A DNA stretch of 64,000 bases from Macrostomum hystrix (Eukaryota; Animalia; Platyhelminthes). The translations under genes and the position numbers were made by a program. Below, in pieces: positions 22,801-37,600 of this stretch. Positions within the stretch are counted from its first letter, which is position 1; each line of letters starts with the position of its first letter. The notes beneath the pieces were generated by a model. The model saw nothing but the letters and a program-made list of their open reading frames with translations, made no database searches and was not told the origin of the DNA. The stretch lies in contig CATNEN010000039.1 in the NCBI GenBank assembly GCA_950097015.1, positions 2,976,001 through 3,040,000 on the forward strand. Reading direction: 5' to 3'.

Positions 22801-25800
22801 CTAAACTTGGCCACCCTCAGCTACTGAGTCATCAGCATCTCCGTCGATCCCGCCAGCTTCCGCCAACTGACGGAGGCGCTCGCGCTCTTGTTCCTGCTTA
22901 AGCAGCTGCTGCTGCAGCTGGCTGCTGCCAGCACCCGCTGCCGAATCGCCTCCACCTGTTAGGCGATCCTGCAGATGTCAGAAGATGCTAAATGATCCAG
23001 ATGGGTTCAGTATAACACACAATGATCCAGATGGGTTCAGGATAATACACAATGATCCAGATGGGTTCAGGATAACACACAATGATCCAGATGGGTTCAG
23101 GATAATACACAATGATCCAGATGGGTTCAGTATAACACACAATGATCCAGATGGGTTCAGGATAATACACAATGATCCAGATGGGTTCAGGATAACACAC
23201 AATGATCCAGATGGGTTCAGGATAACACACAATGATCCAGATGGGTTCAGGATAATACACAATGATCCAGATGGGTTCAGGATAACACACAATGATCCAG
23301 ATGGGTTCAGGATAATACACAATGATCCAGATGGGTTCAGGATAACACACAATGATCCAGATGGGTTCAGTATAACACACAATGATCCAGATGGGTTCAG
23401 GATAACACACAATGATCCAGATGGGTTCAGGATAATACACAATGATCCAGATGGGTTCAGTATAACACACAATGATCCAGATGGGTTCAGGATAACACAC
23501 AATGATCCAGATGGGTTCAGGATAACACACAATGATCCAGATGGGTTCAGGATAATACACAATGATCCAGATGGGTTCAGTATAACACACAATGATCCAG
23601 ATGGGTTCAGGATAATACACAATGATCCAGATGGGTTCAGGATAATACACAATGATCCAGATGGGTTCAGTATAACACACAATGATCCAGATGGGTTCAG
23701 GATAACACACAATGATCCAGATGGGTTCAGGATAATACACAATGATCCAGATGGGTTCAGTATAACACACAATGATCCAGATGGGTTCAGGATAACACAC
23801 AATGATCCAGATGGGTTCAGGATAACACACAATGATCCAGATGGGTTCAGGATAACACACAATGATCCAGATGGGTTCAGTATAACACACAATGATCCAG
23901 ATGGGTTCAGTATAACACACAATGATCCAGATGGGTTCAGTATAACACACAATGATCCAGATGGGTTCAGGTAGTACAGGGTAAGCAGGCAAAGCCTTAC
24001 ATACCTTAACGCTGCTGTAGGCGTTGCCAACGGATTTGGCTGCGTTTGAGCTACGGGCAGCCGTCCACTTCTGCGACAGTTTTGCGGCAACGCTTTGCGC
24101 CAGGCCGGAGGTCCTGTCCTTGGCGCCCTTGGCTACACTGGCTGTGCGCTGGTAGCTGCGAGGCAATGCGATGGGGTGTCTGATAAGGTACAGAAGCACA
24201 CGGATAAGGCACAGAAGCACACGGACAAGGCACAGAAGCACACGGACAAGGCACAGAAGCACACGGACAAGGCACAGAAGCACACGGACAAGGCACAGAA
24301 ACACACGGACAAGGCACAGAAACACACGGACAAGGCACAGAAGCACACGGACAAGGCACAGAAGCACACGGACAAGGCACAGAAGCACACGGACAAGGCA
24401 CAGAAACACACGGACAAGGCACAGAAACACACGGACAAGGCACAGAAGCACACGGACAAGGCACAGAAGCACACGGACAAGGCACAGAAGCACACGGACA
24501 AGGCACAGAAACACACGGACAAGGCACAGAAGCACACGGACAAGGCACAGAAGCACACGGATAAGACACAGAAGCACACGGACAAGGCACAGAAGCACAC
24601 GGATAAGACACAGAAGCACACGGACAAGGCACAGAAGCACACGGACAAGGCACAGAAGCACACGGACAAGGCACAGAAGCACACGGATAAGACACAGAAG
24701 CACACGGACAAGGCACAGAAGCACACGGATAAGACACAGAAGCACACGGACAAGGCACAGAAGCACACGGATAAGACACAGAAGCACACGGACAAGGCAC
24801 AGAAGCACACGGACAAGGCACAGAAACACACGGATAAGATACACGGGTGCTCACGTGCCAGACTCCTTCAGCTGCATCCAGGAGGCACGCATGTCGCTCC
24901 TGAGCTCGCCAAGCACGGTGACTCCTAGCCGCCTCTTCAAGTCGTTGGCCCGGCGCAGCTTGGAGTTGAGTACCTGACGCAAAGTCTGAATCTCTTCCTC
25001 CGTCTGAGGTTTAGCAAAAATACCGAGTAAGTCATTAATTCAATTAGAATCAGAAGTTATTATAGAAGATATAAATAACATTTTAGGGATTGAATAAGAG
25101 CAGATTCGAACTCTTGACCTCCTTAATAGTAGGCTATAAAAGTATTTATAAGAAAAAGCTGAAATATATGAAATCTGCTTAGTCTATAATTTACCTTCTC
25201 CAGCTCCAAGGACCAGTCGCGCCTCTGCCTGTCCCGTTCCTCTTGGGACATTGCTTCCAGTCTCTCTACATCAGATGGCTCAGCCTCAGTGCAGACATCA
25301 TCTTGCTCTTCAGTCCCTGCGGTTAATATGTTTTGAATGTTGTGAGTGACAACTTTACAAGTTTTTCTCTCAATAAAAAATCATAAACTCTTTAGGGAAA
25401 TATTGAAGGAAAATATATTCAAAATAATGCAAAACCTTGCAGACTAATCTGTCTATATAATGCATGTCTTTATTTCTTTTAAGAAACTTCAGATTTAGAA
25501 TAGAATGTTTGAAAAGAAGGCCATGAATAAAGTAGAATAAGAATGGATTAAGGAATGACAAAACTTAAAGTTGTTGACTTTTATGAAAAATATAATATTT
25601 AAGTGTGCTTATTTAAGAAAGCCTAACCAGTAGCCTAATATATTAAAGTTGAATTGTAATAAAAAATCTAAACTTGTACAAGAAAAATGGAAACAATCAA
25701 TAAAAATATCAAAATATCATTGTCTTTTTCAAGTTTTTATAAAGGCAACATAAGAAATGTGAAGCTTCTAACATGAATAAGTACAGCATCTTTAAAACAT

Positions 25801-26142
25801 GTCACCAGAATGAAGTAGGTCTAATAAAATTCAAATAATCAAAATTGTCCTCAAGGAGTCTAGAATTACTGAAAAGAGGGTTACAACTTAAATGTCCACT
25901 TCTAGACTCTAGAAGTCATCTAGATTAGTATATAACCAATGTTATACACATCAAAATGTAAGTGCAAAAATATTTATTTTAACTAAAGTCTCTTAGTGGT
26001 CTCCTAGTAGTCTTACAATAGTGTGCAAATGTACTTCGAAAATTCAAATATATACTTAAAATATAGAAAAGAATATTTTTTTTTCAAAACTAAAAGCTAA
26101 TTTAAACATACCTGAAAAGTCTTTATTTAATGAGGAAGCCAT
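22801..26142 (-). CDS. TPD52: Tumor protein D52-family protein; exons 26142-26112, 25316-25195, 25003-24855, 24155-24005, 22968-22801
   Basis: All junctions are GT-AG and phase-consistent. Family signature ELEKTEEEIQTLRQVLNSKLRRANDLKRRLG, followed by YQRT. The gene is not visible as one ORF in the track; exon 1 is less certain. Confidence 0.88.
22990..23971. repeat. 30-bp minisatellite (AATGATCCAGATGGGTTCAGGATAACACAC)n in TPD52 intron 4
   Basis: About 33 units with two variable positions. Confidence 0.98.
24183..24846. repeat. 21-bp minisatellite (GCACAGAAGCACACGGACAAG)n in TPD52 intron 3
   Basis: Tandem units read directly. Confidence 0.97.
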
Positions 26143-26499
26143 TGTGCTTAGACAATTTTTTGCAATAGGTGAGAAAAATTTTAGTGTTTTGATTAAAAAA
26201 GGATGGAATTAATTTCGTATGCTTTAAAACTATAAGCTCTCTGTAAGGAATGGACCCTTTCATTTCTAAGAATTTTTAATTTGCGTGTTTTTTGTATAGC
26301 TTAACAAAATATACTAATTTTAAAATATGAAAAAACATTTTAACAGTTTTCTGCTGTTTTGAGCAAGTTAAAAAAATTCGTTTTTGGTTAACAAGCTTTG
26401 GTTGACAATCGTCGGACGCTGTGCCTTCCGCTCCTCAAATTCAAATACGAGTATATATCATTCACCGATCTAAAATCTAAACCTCTGTGACTTCTGGCA

Positions 26500-27460
26500 T
26501 GGCAACCCCGTGAGATTCACTACTTACACCGGCGGGTCTCAAAACAACTCCGCTTCTAGCTTTGGCTATTGTAACGTTTCTGAGAATGGAGAGGCTCTGG
26601 CGACCCACTCGGCCCTGAGGTCTACTCCATTTTTCAGAAAGAATTTCTCGCCATCATTAGCTCCAGCAGAAAGCCTGGGGGTAGGAAGTTATCCCACGCA
26701 CAGACAACAGCTGCGATCCTTGCCAGAAAGCTCGCACTTTTCGGCGCACAGTCCACGACTTATGTACCGCAAAACAAGGTCTCCTAAGGTACATTCCTGG
26801 CTAAGGAACTGGCTGCAGATATCTGATATAAACGATAGCGATCGCTAATGCCGGTTCGAAGGGGGCCTTTTCTAGCCCCTTGCCCTCGGTCTTCATTCCC
26901 ACCTTTGACACCTCGCTAATCAACCACTTCCAAGCACATGGAAAGGTGCATGGACATGATTGGACAATGGGGGATGGAATTTGGATATGGCAAAGGTGCA
27001 CCTTATCTGCTCGCCGCAGTCTCACGCTATCCTCTCTCCATGTGCCTCCCCTGTCCTTCCGCAAGCCTCTGCTCGGACTCAAACGCATTGAAACCAGGGC
27101 AGTTATCAATGGCCCTCTCCGGCCCTCGCTGCTTCGCTAGGCATCATCACCTGCAAGGCAAAATCTGAAGTAAAGAATGTCCTTTCTGTCTCCACAGTGT
27201 TGAGAATGCGGAGCATTTAATCTGCGACTGTCCTGCGTTTACTCAGGACATGCTTATACACCTAGCTTTGGCCCGAACCCAGATCTCTCCGATGTTTTCA
27301 GGCCTGAGAAACTCTCATATACTACACCGAGCGAGCCGTCACTCCAACCTGTTGGACTCTATGGAGGAAGACGGCGCTGTGGATGCTGTCAAAATCGAGC
27401 CCACCTGCGCGACACCGCAATGTTTGTTGCACTGATTGTCCCGCGACATTCGGACGGTGC
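26500..27460 (+). mobile_element. Decayed non-LTR retrotransposon (LINE) 3' fragment with RNase H-like start and CCHC knuckle
   Basis: 27178-27240 translates to CPFCLHSVENAEHLICDCPAF (LINE C-terminal CCHC knuckle). Upstream TYTGGS resembles RNase H YTDGS. Stops and frameshifts throughout. Confidence 0.55.
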
Positions 27461-28275
27461 CCAATGCAACAAAGTAAAAGTCATTTTAATCAAAGTCTTA
27501 ATCTAAGTCTAAATATTAGTCAAAGTAATTTGTTTAATCAGGTATTTACCGCGTGTTGTTTACTGCGCGCTGATTGGCTGCCAATCTGGTGGGGCCGCCC
27601 TGTCTGGCTCTCACTCCGGACGGCCTTCCCAAGCTACACCGTGATTGGCCAGTGAGTGGCTGGGTTGGTGTGGCGTGGCGGGGGGCCTTGGAGTGTGGCT
27701 TTGAGTGGCATTATAAAATGTGCAGTTCTGGGAGGGGTGTCTTCCTGCGCACTTGATCTCGCTCTTCGAGACCATAAGTCCCCTGCAAAGTCTTCGCTCT
27801 TAAAATCCTGCCAAATGCTTTGTATTCTATTTTTACATGTGTTTCTGTCACATCCACCAGGGTTTAATTCAGCATTTTAATTCACGCTTACAGACAGTGA
27901 TGCGTTGAGACAACCAACGTTATTTACCTGCTGTTTATTTGTAAGTAAAATAAAAAAGATTCCAGAGAGAATAATGTTATAAAATGGTGTCAACACATCG
28001 AAAGAACCTGACAAGAAATATCAGACAAAAAAGAAACTTTCAGTGTCCAACTATTGACTAGATAATAAATTGTGCAATCAAAGCAAAGAAGCATATGCAC
28101 AAAATTATGTAATAGAACTTCACTGTTTACAATGCTTTGGTGTAGGAGAAACAAAACGAAAATAAAAATTCACTGACTAGACTTAAAAGGATAAAAATTG
28201 TCTCTGGGCCGACACAATATTCGGATAAAAACCAGTTCTGTTTAAGTCGATACTGGCGACGATTTACAAAGAACT

Positions 28276-31200
28276 TCACGACTTCCTTGCTGTCGAGTGT
28301 TGCCTAGCAACCAACCCGGCTTTGTCGCGCTTCGAACCGCCGCCGCCTCTGCCACCCCCAGTGCCGCCGCCTTGGTCTTTGCGCACAATGTGCTTCTCAA
28401 CCTTCAGCTTCAGCTCGGTTTGAGACATTGGGCGCACCTCGGCACTCGGATCCTCGTCGTCGTCAAAGTCGTCTCTGGGAATTAAATTAATTGGCTCAAA
28501 ATATCAAAATGCTACTGTGAGTAGAAGAAGGTGAAACTGTGTTTCTTAGAAGATGTTAAGGAGGCAGGTTTTAGTGACTGTTTTTTTATTCGGGTCGGAT
28601 CAAAGGCTTATCTTTGATATTATTTTCCTTATCTACGAGCGAGCTTCATCTACTCCTGTCAAGCATTATTTCTGACTGAAAGAAAAGATTATCTATTATT
28701 TTTTCATATTCTCTTCATGCCACTCATTGTGCCTAAAAAAGCAATAAGATAGACTTTTCATTAATAAAGCTTCTTAAAATTCGCAGGAATTTTGAATCCC
28801 AGGTAAGTTATAAAAACAATCATCATTTTATCGTGCAAAAGTTTTTACAATTTCTTTCTTCGTAGTGCATTTTTCAGCAAAAACCGGTCTTATTAACTGT
28901 AGAACTACCTGGGGTGCAGGTTTGCTGCACCCGAACGGAGCAACGTGAAAGCACATGAAACTCAAGAACACGGGCTAACATTTTGTTGCGAATCTTCTGA
29001 AACAAGAATCAAGTTGTCGAGATATTCAACGGTTCTGGTTTCTTCATATTAAAGCTACCAATTCATACACAAATTTGCACTTGCCAGGCCTTCAAACGGT
29101 GACATTTTGGAGTCGCATTCACCATAATCATCAGGATCTTACCCAATGGTGGGCGGTAGCACCTGAATGTCCGTGAGCTCTCTGCCTTGAGCAGCTAGGC
29201 CCAAGGTCAGTCCGTGCTGAGGCTGCGGGGCGCCATCCTCTTTGTCGAATTTCTACAATTTCCAAGAAACGCAAACTTTTTTATAGGATTCAAGTTGTAT
29301 CGCAAATGAGGCTACTTTTACGGAACAGTTTGTACTAAATTTTTAAGACATAAAAACATAAAATTTAAAACAAAATAAAAAAAACTTGTTTGTCCATATG
29401 AACTTAATTCAAGTATTGCACAATGCTAACTGCTAGGCTACTTCATAAAAATACACTAGCATCTCTGTGTCAGGGGGATTTAGGTGAAACAAAAGAGATT
29501 AACAGAAAGATATTAACTGTACTAGTTTTGCGATTGCCACTGGTTCGGGAGTTACTACTTTAAGTAGACTGACTAGATTCAGACGCGCCCAAAAGTTTTT
29601 TAGGTCAAAATCGAAAATACATTTTAAGTATAACTTAAAAAACGGTTTGCATCTGTCTGTTACTAATTTGAACTTAAAATGAGCTTCTGCATGGTTATGG
29701 ATAAACTGTGAGTTAAATCGATAACCAAAATGTAGATTTGTAAAACAAATAAACTGAGATTACAAAATCTTTCGCAGCGTAAACTTTTGGTAATTTGTAA
29801 TTCTACGGCTCGTAATATTGCGGCAAAGCCAGGTGTTGTCAATGTTACCTCATCGTATTCCAGAGAATCGCGATGGCCTTGACGCCTCTGGTGGATTGAT
29901 TAGCAGAATCTCTTACATACTTGATGAGAACTTCTAAATGCGCATCAGTAGGTAAGAATCACTCAAGACTGAGCAGGTAACACAGCACCACACATGTCAC
30001 GCATCGACATTTTTAGGCTCCTTAATCTGCAAGAAAAACCTGCACATTGCTCACCATAATTTGCGAGAATAAAATTTACTTGAGCACACAACTCAACCTA
30101 ATCTGAAAAAGAGCAGCATAATTTGAGTACACTGCTCCACGATAATCTGTGTGCAAAAATCATTACTTGAGCACACTTCTCGCACTCCAGAGGCAAACTA
30201 GCACAGTGCTCACCTTAGTCTGCAGGTAGTACTGTACAGCTAGCAGCTCATTCGTGCGCTGCTCCACAGCGCCCAGGTACAGCATGCAGTTCCTGTTGGA
30301 AATGGTCTCATCGGCGCCCAGCATCTCGCGAATATGAGCATCAGAGCAGCCGCACTTGTCGAACACGGACTTGATGGCAACCTGCAGCTCTTCGAGGGTG
30401 CTGCGCACGGTTTCCAATTTGTCAGCCGCCTCAGTTCTGGCCGCCTTGGCAGTGGCAATTTTGCGCTCAATCTCTGCCAAAATCTTCTCGCGCTCCAATT
30501 CCAGGTCGTTGTCCTCGTTTACAAATCTGATGCGGTGAACGATGGTTGCAATTTTGCTACTGGTCAACTAGATAACTCTTTATGCTTCAAGTGCTGTGAT
30601 TACTCTCGCCAGGGTCTCGGTGAGAGATGGCGAGAGTTCAACGCCCAGGGTCCCCGATAGCGAGAGCTCATCATTTGAGTCTCCCCTTGTTCGACAATTC
30701 GTTCGTCCTGATCTCTGCAGGGAACTTTTTCAAATGAAGGAAAGAACGCGTGGGCCACTGGAGGCCCCATGGTCTACACACCCCCGGGAGGGTGGAGGCG
30801 GTATAAACATCCCACAGGCCTACAGGACCACAGCCAATCACGCGAGCGCAGTGGGGTAGAAAAACCAAGAGGGTTGAGCCATGGCCAGCCAATCGCAGCC
30901 AAGCGCGCACCCTAGAAAGTAAATTTTGTTTGTGAGAGAGAGAGAGCTAAATGCTGCAAGGGTAGGCACAAAACACAAGCAGAAAACTCACGTCTCCATT
31001 TCTCGCTTCAGCCGGTCAATCTCCTCGGTCAGTGTCTCAATCTGGTTGTTCTGCTCCGATACGTACTGGAACAGCGCGAAATTTTCATCCTCGCGCTGGA
31101 TAAAGTCGCGCACGATCACATCTAGATCTTCTTCGCCCGTGATTTCGCGAATGCGTTCCATGGCTTCCTCCTGGTCGCGGTAAGCACGGCGCTGCGCCTC

Positions 31201-32655
31201 CTTCGCCTTCTCGCCGTGCGAGCCGTGCTTCAGCCGACGGTCCTGTGCCTCGCGCTTCCATTCGTCGCGAGCGTTTGCCTTGCGGGTCATAAAGTCGCGC
31301 AGTTTGTTGTCATGATCGATGAAACGCTCGAGGTCGCGCTTCTCATTGCGGTACTGCGCCTCGTCCTTATCGTTGCGATCACGAAGAGCCACTATCTTGT
31401 TGATGCAGTCGTCGCGCTGCTCGTAGGCCTATAATTGTTCGATTTAGGTAAAGTGCACAGAGCGACGTCTCATTGTGATGCAGCATGTGGTTCGCGTGGT
31501 CGACCATGGACCACCTGTGCCATGCGAGCAATACAAGCCTACTGAATTTATACGTAGTTTCTTTGGGTCGATGCTGAGCTACGCTCTCAGGGTTCACTGC
31601 CGTGGGACATCGCAGGAAGTGACGTCAGGCGCAGGTGGACCGCGTCTAAAGGCGCTTGGGCAGTGGGGAAGCTAACACAGGCCTTGGCACCCGTCTTTTG
31701 AGGCCCTCGAACCGCGATCGTGAATTACTATTTCGCAACGTCCTAATGCTCTGCATATACTGCTACTAGTTCGAGCTACTACTACTAACAGTATGGGATG
31801 TTTACCTTGGTAGCAGACTCTGTTAAGAAGGCCTTCTGCTGTCTAGCATCTTCAACCTCGACTAGCAGCTTACGGTAGAGGTCGTCAAACATGCACTTTT
31901 CAGAGCGCAGACGATCGATCTCTTCGCGCAGGTGGGCGTTCTCAGTCAGAGTGTCGTTGTACCTGTTGATTATAGAGGCCTCAAGGTGCAGACTCGAAGC
32001 AATTTTTCCGCTCTCGAATAACAGATTCGCTTCACCTTCAGCTAATCGAACTCACCGCTTGTTCTCCTTGTCAAGTCGGTTCTCCAGAGTCTGTCTGCGC
32101 TTCTGCTGATTGGCCGATCTCTGTCCGCCACCGGCCTTGTCGCCGCCACCGCCGCCACCGCTGCCGCCACCACGACCAACGCCGGCGTTCTCCTTTTTCA
32201 ACTGGCGATTTTCGCGCTCTGCCTTGCGAATCTCCGAGTCCAGAGTGCCGATCTTGGCGCGCTCGTTCTCGATCTGCTCATCCAATTCGTCCTTTTCGCG
32301 TGACAGCTCAGTCAGGCGATTGAGCATCTGCTTGTCGGCCTTCTGATTCTTCTCGCTCTGCGCCTGACTCAAATCGGTCTTTATCTCCTTGTTCTCGCGC
32401 TCCAGGTGGTCGATTTCGTCTCTGAAACGCAGACACACGACAGAATGAAATAAATGTGGATTAAGTTCTAGAAGGCCCACTGGTCCCAAAGCCTACTTAC
32501 TTCTGCTTCCTAAGGGTATCCTGCGACTCGGCAATGTAGGTCCTGCGATCATTCTCCAGGATGCGGTACTGATTCTGCAGCCGCTCAAACTCCTCATGGA
32601 GCAGGGCGTCGTTGGCTTCGTCTCCATCGTCAGCGGCAGATCTTGGGCGTGGCAT
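28276..32655 (-). CDS. ODAD1: Outer dynein arm docking complex subunit (ODAD1/CCDC114, CCDC63 family); 7 exons at approx. 32655-32500, 32422-32056, 31962-31806, 31428-30992, 30526-30214, 29252-29143, 28474-28276
   Basis: Coiled-coil protein with LQNQYRILENDRRTY, NAHLREEIDRLRSE, ERFIDHDNKLRDFM, FIQREDENFALFQYVSEQN, YLGAVEQRTNELL and C-terminal RPMSQTELK. Canonical splice sites. ODAD1 versus CCDC63 orthology cannot be resolved here. Confidence 0.88.
28893..29080 (+). repeat. Dispersed repeat, probably a DNA-transposon or MITE end; inverted copy at about 57780-58004
   Basis: Both share TTAAC.GTAGAACTACC...GCTGCACCCGAACGGA.CAACG...GAAACTCAAGA.CACGGGC.AAC.TTTTGTTGCG.ATCTTCT. Confidence 0.75.
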
Positions 32656-34677
32656 CACGGGTGGCGTGCTGGAAGCAGAGAGAAAAAATGCGATTTTTGC
32701 TAGCAGAAAGTGACTAAAAAATGACAATGCTAACGTTTTAAATGAGTATATTTTGTGAAATTTATAGATTTTTAAAGCTAATTAAAATCCTTTGAAGCAT
32801 GTATTCGATGAATGAACACTGACTATAATATAATAATTATTATTATTTTATTACCAAATACAATCAACAATTAACACTGATGTAAAGATAGATTATGAAA
32901 AATGTTATTATTTGGCAATATATCTTACTAACATACTATCTTACTATCTTACTTAATAAATATTATTTGTTCTTCACTGCACCCAGCTAAAATCTAAAGT
33001 TACCAGTATAAAATTTCTATCGATTGTTATGATATTGTATTTATAATTAGTGTAGATAATGCAGAATTAACGAGGAAAACGATGACAAAAGTTGAGATAA
33101 AAATGTAGTTTAGTGGGCGACAACTGGGCGCTGTATTTAATTCAGATCTTTCTGATTTCTAACATTGCGCTATGAATTCAACTTAACAAAAAAGAAAACT
33201 CAAGCCAACAGCGAGACACACATTCGTGAATTATATCAAAAGCAAGACTATTGAAATCTCAACAGCTTGTAGTCATGGTTATATAAGTCACAACAAAAGA
33301 TGATTTTTCTAAAAGTTGACGATACAAAGAAAACAAAAATGGGGTGAAGGCGAGGCAATATTCTGACCTTCATGCCATTTTTAGTGCAGCACAATCTACT
33401 TTGTTTATTTGTCCTTTAAAATATATTTTAAACTTTGGTCCTTTACAGGAAAAACGCATATTTAGGCTTTAGTAAGTTAAACTAAGTGCTCCTAGACAGT
33501 TTGTTGCTTTTCTAAATGCGATTGGCCTTTCGTCTTTCTTCATTTCCAACTAAACGACTATTTTCTTCAGGTAATTTATCTCATATTTAACCGCTTCTGT
33601 TCAGTGTTCTGTAAATTTTATGGTTCGTGGCGTGGACAGACATACATTACTAGTATGTTTCGTAAAAGAAGATTTCATTAATTCTTCTCGCAAAAACTTG
33701 TATAAAACAACTTTTCACACTATTCGACATTTTAAGTTAAGTGTTACTTGTTCAAGTAATGCTTTGTAGTGTTTTTAGGGTGTCGACAAATAAAATGTCA
33801 ACATTGGTATCGTTAAAATATCTTATTATTTAAGTTTTCTTTACACTTTACTAAAAAATATAATATTTTTACTTTGCTTGTGTGAAATAAAATGAACATC
33901 TTAAAGTATAAAATAAACTAAAAAGGAAAAGTATTACCATAGTTTTAGATTTATGATTTGTACATTTTTGTACATTTCAGATTTTTTGGATATGTACATT
34001 TTGGATGTCTTGTTTAGTTGTATTAAATAATCATTTATTATTACTGATGATCTAAAACTAAAGTAAACATCAATTTTCAGTAATGGGTTCTGGTTGTAGT
34101 ACACCATCAGGTACATTTAAAGCATAGAACAATGCAGAAGATTGATCATATCTAATGTGTAGTGAGCAGATTGAGTGAGTAAATTATTCTATTAAGCATT
34201 TCTGAAATCAAATGATTGGTCAATTTCTGTAATAGACCCATTGCAGCCTAGTTTCTTTTGTAGAAAATACAAGCAGAGCAGAGCCGAATGTTCAGTAGTC
34301 ATTTTCAATTACTATATTTTTTAGTGCAAATTAAATTTGTACTAATTTTTTAGTTTCTATTAAAAACAAAAATGAATACAATATAAAATACTTTTTGCTT
34401 ATAAAATACTAAAAAAATCGCAGATTTCCCAGTTCAATTTGATTTGCACAGTTGATTAATTGCTGAATGCTAAAATCAGTTGTCAGCACGTTAAAATGAA
34501 TTATCTATCTAACAGTTACTGAATTACAGCTTATTTTATTAAAGTTATAAGCCTTTATTGTGACTAATCAAGTGTAAAATTTTTATTAACACAGGTGCCA
34601 TTTCTAACAGCAATCTTCAAGCGGCTGCAAGCACTGATCCATCAGCGAGATCCGCTCAAACACAAGCACCAGCCAGA

Positions 34678-37600
34678 ATGTACTCTAAGAGTAAGCGAAT
34701 TCTTCATATACTCAGGTTTTCAAATTTTCAACTCTGAGTAAAACATATTTTTTAGTCCGAGATTTAAACTTGACAGGCGAGGCGGGCGCCGAGTCAGCGG
34801 ACCAGTTCTCTGTTGAAGTCTGCAAGGAGTCCGAGATCGGCCACGGCAGGTGAGCGAGTTCTCAGCTTGGCTGATCGCTTGCGAATGTGCCAAAAGTTGA
34901 CGACTTCGGGCCCGTGGGTCAGGAGCCTACAAAACTCCTGAATTCGGTCTTCTGTCCCTATCAACTGCCTCAATAACTTGTGTTACGGCTTTCTATTGTC
35001 TCATCTCTCCTATGTGTCATCTCTCCCGTGTCTCATCTCTCCTGTGTCTCATCTCTCCCGTGTCTCATCTCTCCCGTGTCTCATCTCTCCCGTGTCTCAT
35101 CTCTCCTGTGTCTCATCTCTCCTATGTGTCATATCTCTTGTGTCTCATCTCTCCTGTGTCTCATCTCTCCTGTGTCTAATCTCTCCTGTGTCTAATCTCT
35201 CCTGTGTCTCATCTCTCCTGTGTCTAATCTCTCCTGTGTCTAATCTCTCCTGTGTCTCATCTCTCCTGTGTCTCATCTCTCCTGTGTCTCATCTCTCCTG
35301 TGTCTCATCTCTCCTATGTCTCATCTCTCCTGTGTCTCATCTTTCCTGTGTCTCATCTCTACTGTCTAACCTCTCCCGTGTCTAATCTCTCCCGTGTCTC
35401 ACCTCTCTCGTCGTGTCTCATCTCTCCTGTGTCTAATCTCTCCCGTGTCTAATCTCTCCCGTGTCTCACCTCTCTCGTCGTGTCTCATCTCTCCTGTGTC
35501 TCATCCTCCCATGAGCCCACAGCCTCACCTCACTCTAGGCTTTCACCGTCGAGCCCCCAACCTGTTCTCCCACCCATGAAGCGCCGGCATGAAGCAGGCC
35601 AAGCTGGGCGAGTTCCCAGTGCTGGTTGGCCGAACCGACGATGCCGATAAGCGACTCTTCGCCGTCGGTGGCAAGTGCCCGCACTACGGCCTGCCACTCG
35701 GAGGGGGCCAGCTGGCCGGCCAAACCCTGCGCTGCCCGTTCCACGGCGCCTGCTTCAACGTGGTCAGCGGCGACATCGAAGAAGCGCCCGGCATGGACTG
35801 CCTGCCGACATTCAAGGTGGGCTTTCTTCGTGTTTCAATGACCACTTAACCGACTGCTCATTGCGTCTTCTCAATGACCGCCCATTGTCCGTCCAGGTGT
35901 CGGTTCGGGCCGCAGACCAGATGGTAGTCGTGTCGGGCACGCCGCCCGCGAACGGCAAGTTCGTTGTGCAGCGCCCTTTGGCCCACTGCCAGCCGGAGTT
36001 CGCATCCGAGCATTACGTCATCATTGGCGGAGGCCCGGCCGCGGCTGCGGCCGCGGACTCTCTGCGCCAGGAGGGCTACCGCGGCAAGCTGACGATGATC
36101 AGCGCCGAGTCGCTGCCTCCGTTTGATCGCACCAAGCTGAGTAAGTTCATGGCCGCCGAGCCGTCGCTGCTACGCACGGTTGAGCACTATGCTCAGCACG
36201 ATATCGACCTGATGCTGGAGACTAGCGCCCTGTCCGTGGACACTGCGCAGCGCACTCTAGAGGTGCAGTCCAAGAATGGCCGGCTGGTGCTGCCCTATAC
36301 CAAACTGCTCGTGTGCTCAGGCTCCTCTGCCAGGCAACTCACGGTGAGCTGCTTCAGTGTTGAACTGACTGAGCACATCAAATGCATGCACAGGCGAACT
36401 CTGTGATCAGCTGGAGTTTTAGGACCAAGTTCAACCATTTGAACAGTTTTAGGTGGATAGCAACCAGTTTTAGGTGGGTAGCAACCAGTTTAAGGTGGAT
36501 AGCAACCAGTTTTAGGTGGGTGGCAACCAGTTTAAGGTGGATAGCAACCAGTTTTAGGTGGGTGGCAACCAGTTTAAGGTGGATAACAACCAGTTTTAGG
36601 TGGATAGCAACCAGTTTTAGGTGGGTAGCAACCAGTTTTAGGTGAATAGCAACCAGTTTTAGGTGGGTAGCAACCCTTTTTAGGTGGGTAGTAACCAGTT
36701 TTAGGTGATAGCAACCAGGTGACGGACCAGTTTTATGTGGATGGCAACCAGTTTAATAAAATATTTTGTGAAGCTAAAAGGGCACACACAACTCCAATCC
36801 AGAATGAGGTGCCGAAGGACGGAGTTTTCTACCTGCGCGGCCCGGAGGATTCTAAGAAAATTCACGCCGCGGGCCAGGGCTCGGAAGCTGTGCTAATCGG
36901 CTCGTCCTTCATCGCCCTGGAGACGGCCGCCTACCTGGTTGCCAACGGCGCCAAGACGGTGACGGTGCTGGCCCGCGACTCTGTGCCCTTCAAGGCGCTG
37001 TTCGGCGAAGAAGTTGGCGCCGCTGTGCGCAAGCTGCACGAGAGCAAGGGCGTCAAGTTTGTCATCGGCGAGCTTCAGAACTTCGAGTCTGACGCTGAGG
37101 TGAGCGGCTTAGGACTGTCATGATAACATTTCATAACCGATTCACATTCAATTATCACTGCAGTTCACCTTCAATTATCACTGCAATTCACCTTCAATTA
37201 TCACTGCAGTTCACCTTCAATTATCACTGCAGTTCACCTTCAATTATCACTGCAGTTCACCTTCAATTATCACTGCAGTTCACCTTCAATTATCACTGCA
37301 GTTCACCTTCAATTATCACTGCAATTCACCTTCAATTATCACTGCAGTTCACCTTCAATTATCACTGCAGTTCGCCTTCAATTATCACTGCAGTTCACCT
37401 TCAATTATCACTGCAGTTCACCTTCAATTATCACTGCAGTTCACCTTTAATTATTACTTATGTACGAGTATTAATGTTAGCTCTGTTATCAAATACTTAC
37501 GTACTTAAAATGTCAATTAAGTCTCAACCACTTGGATATCATTTTACTTGATTTTAGTAAGTTTTTTAACTTGCTCAAAACTTTATCAAACTTTCTATCA

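Noticed and set aside
22990-23971. CRISPR-like appearance of 30-33-bp repeats
   Set aside because: Units are head-to-tail with no unique spacers, there are no cas genes, and the context is eukaryotic.
30565-30915. Helitron-like insert (CTAG-bounded GC-rich block in an ODAD1 intron; similar block at 61433-61710)
   Set aside because: No second copy, clear terminal hairpin or target site could be confirmed in the window.
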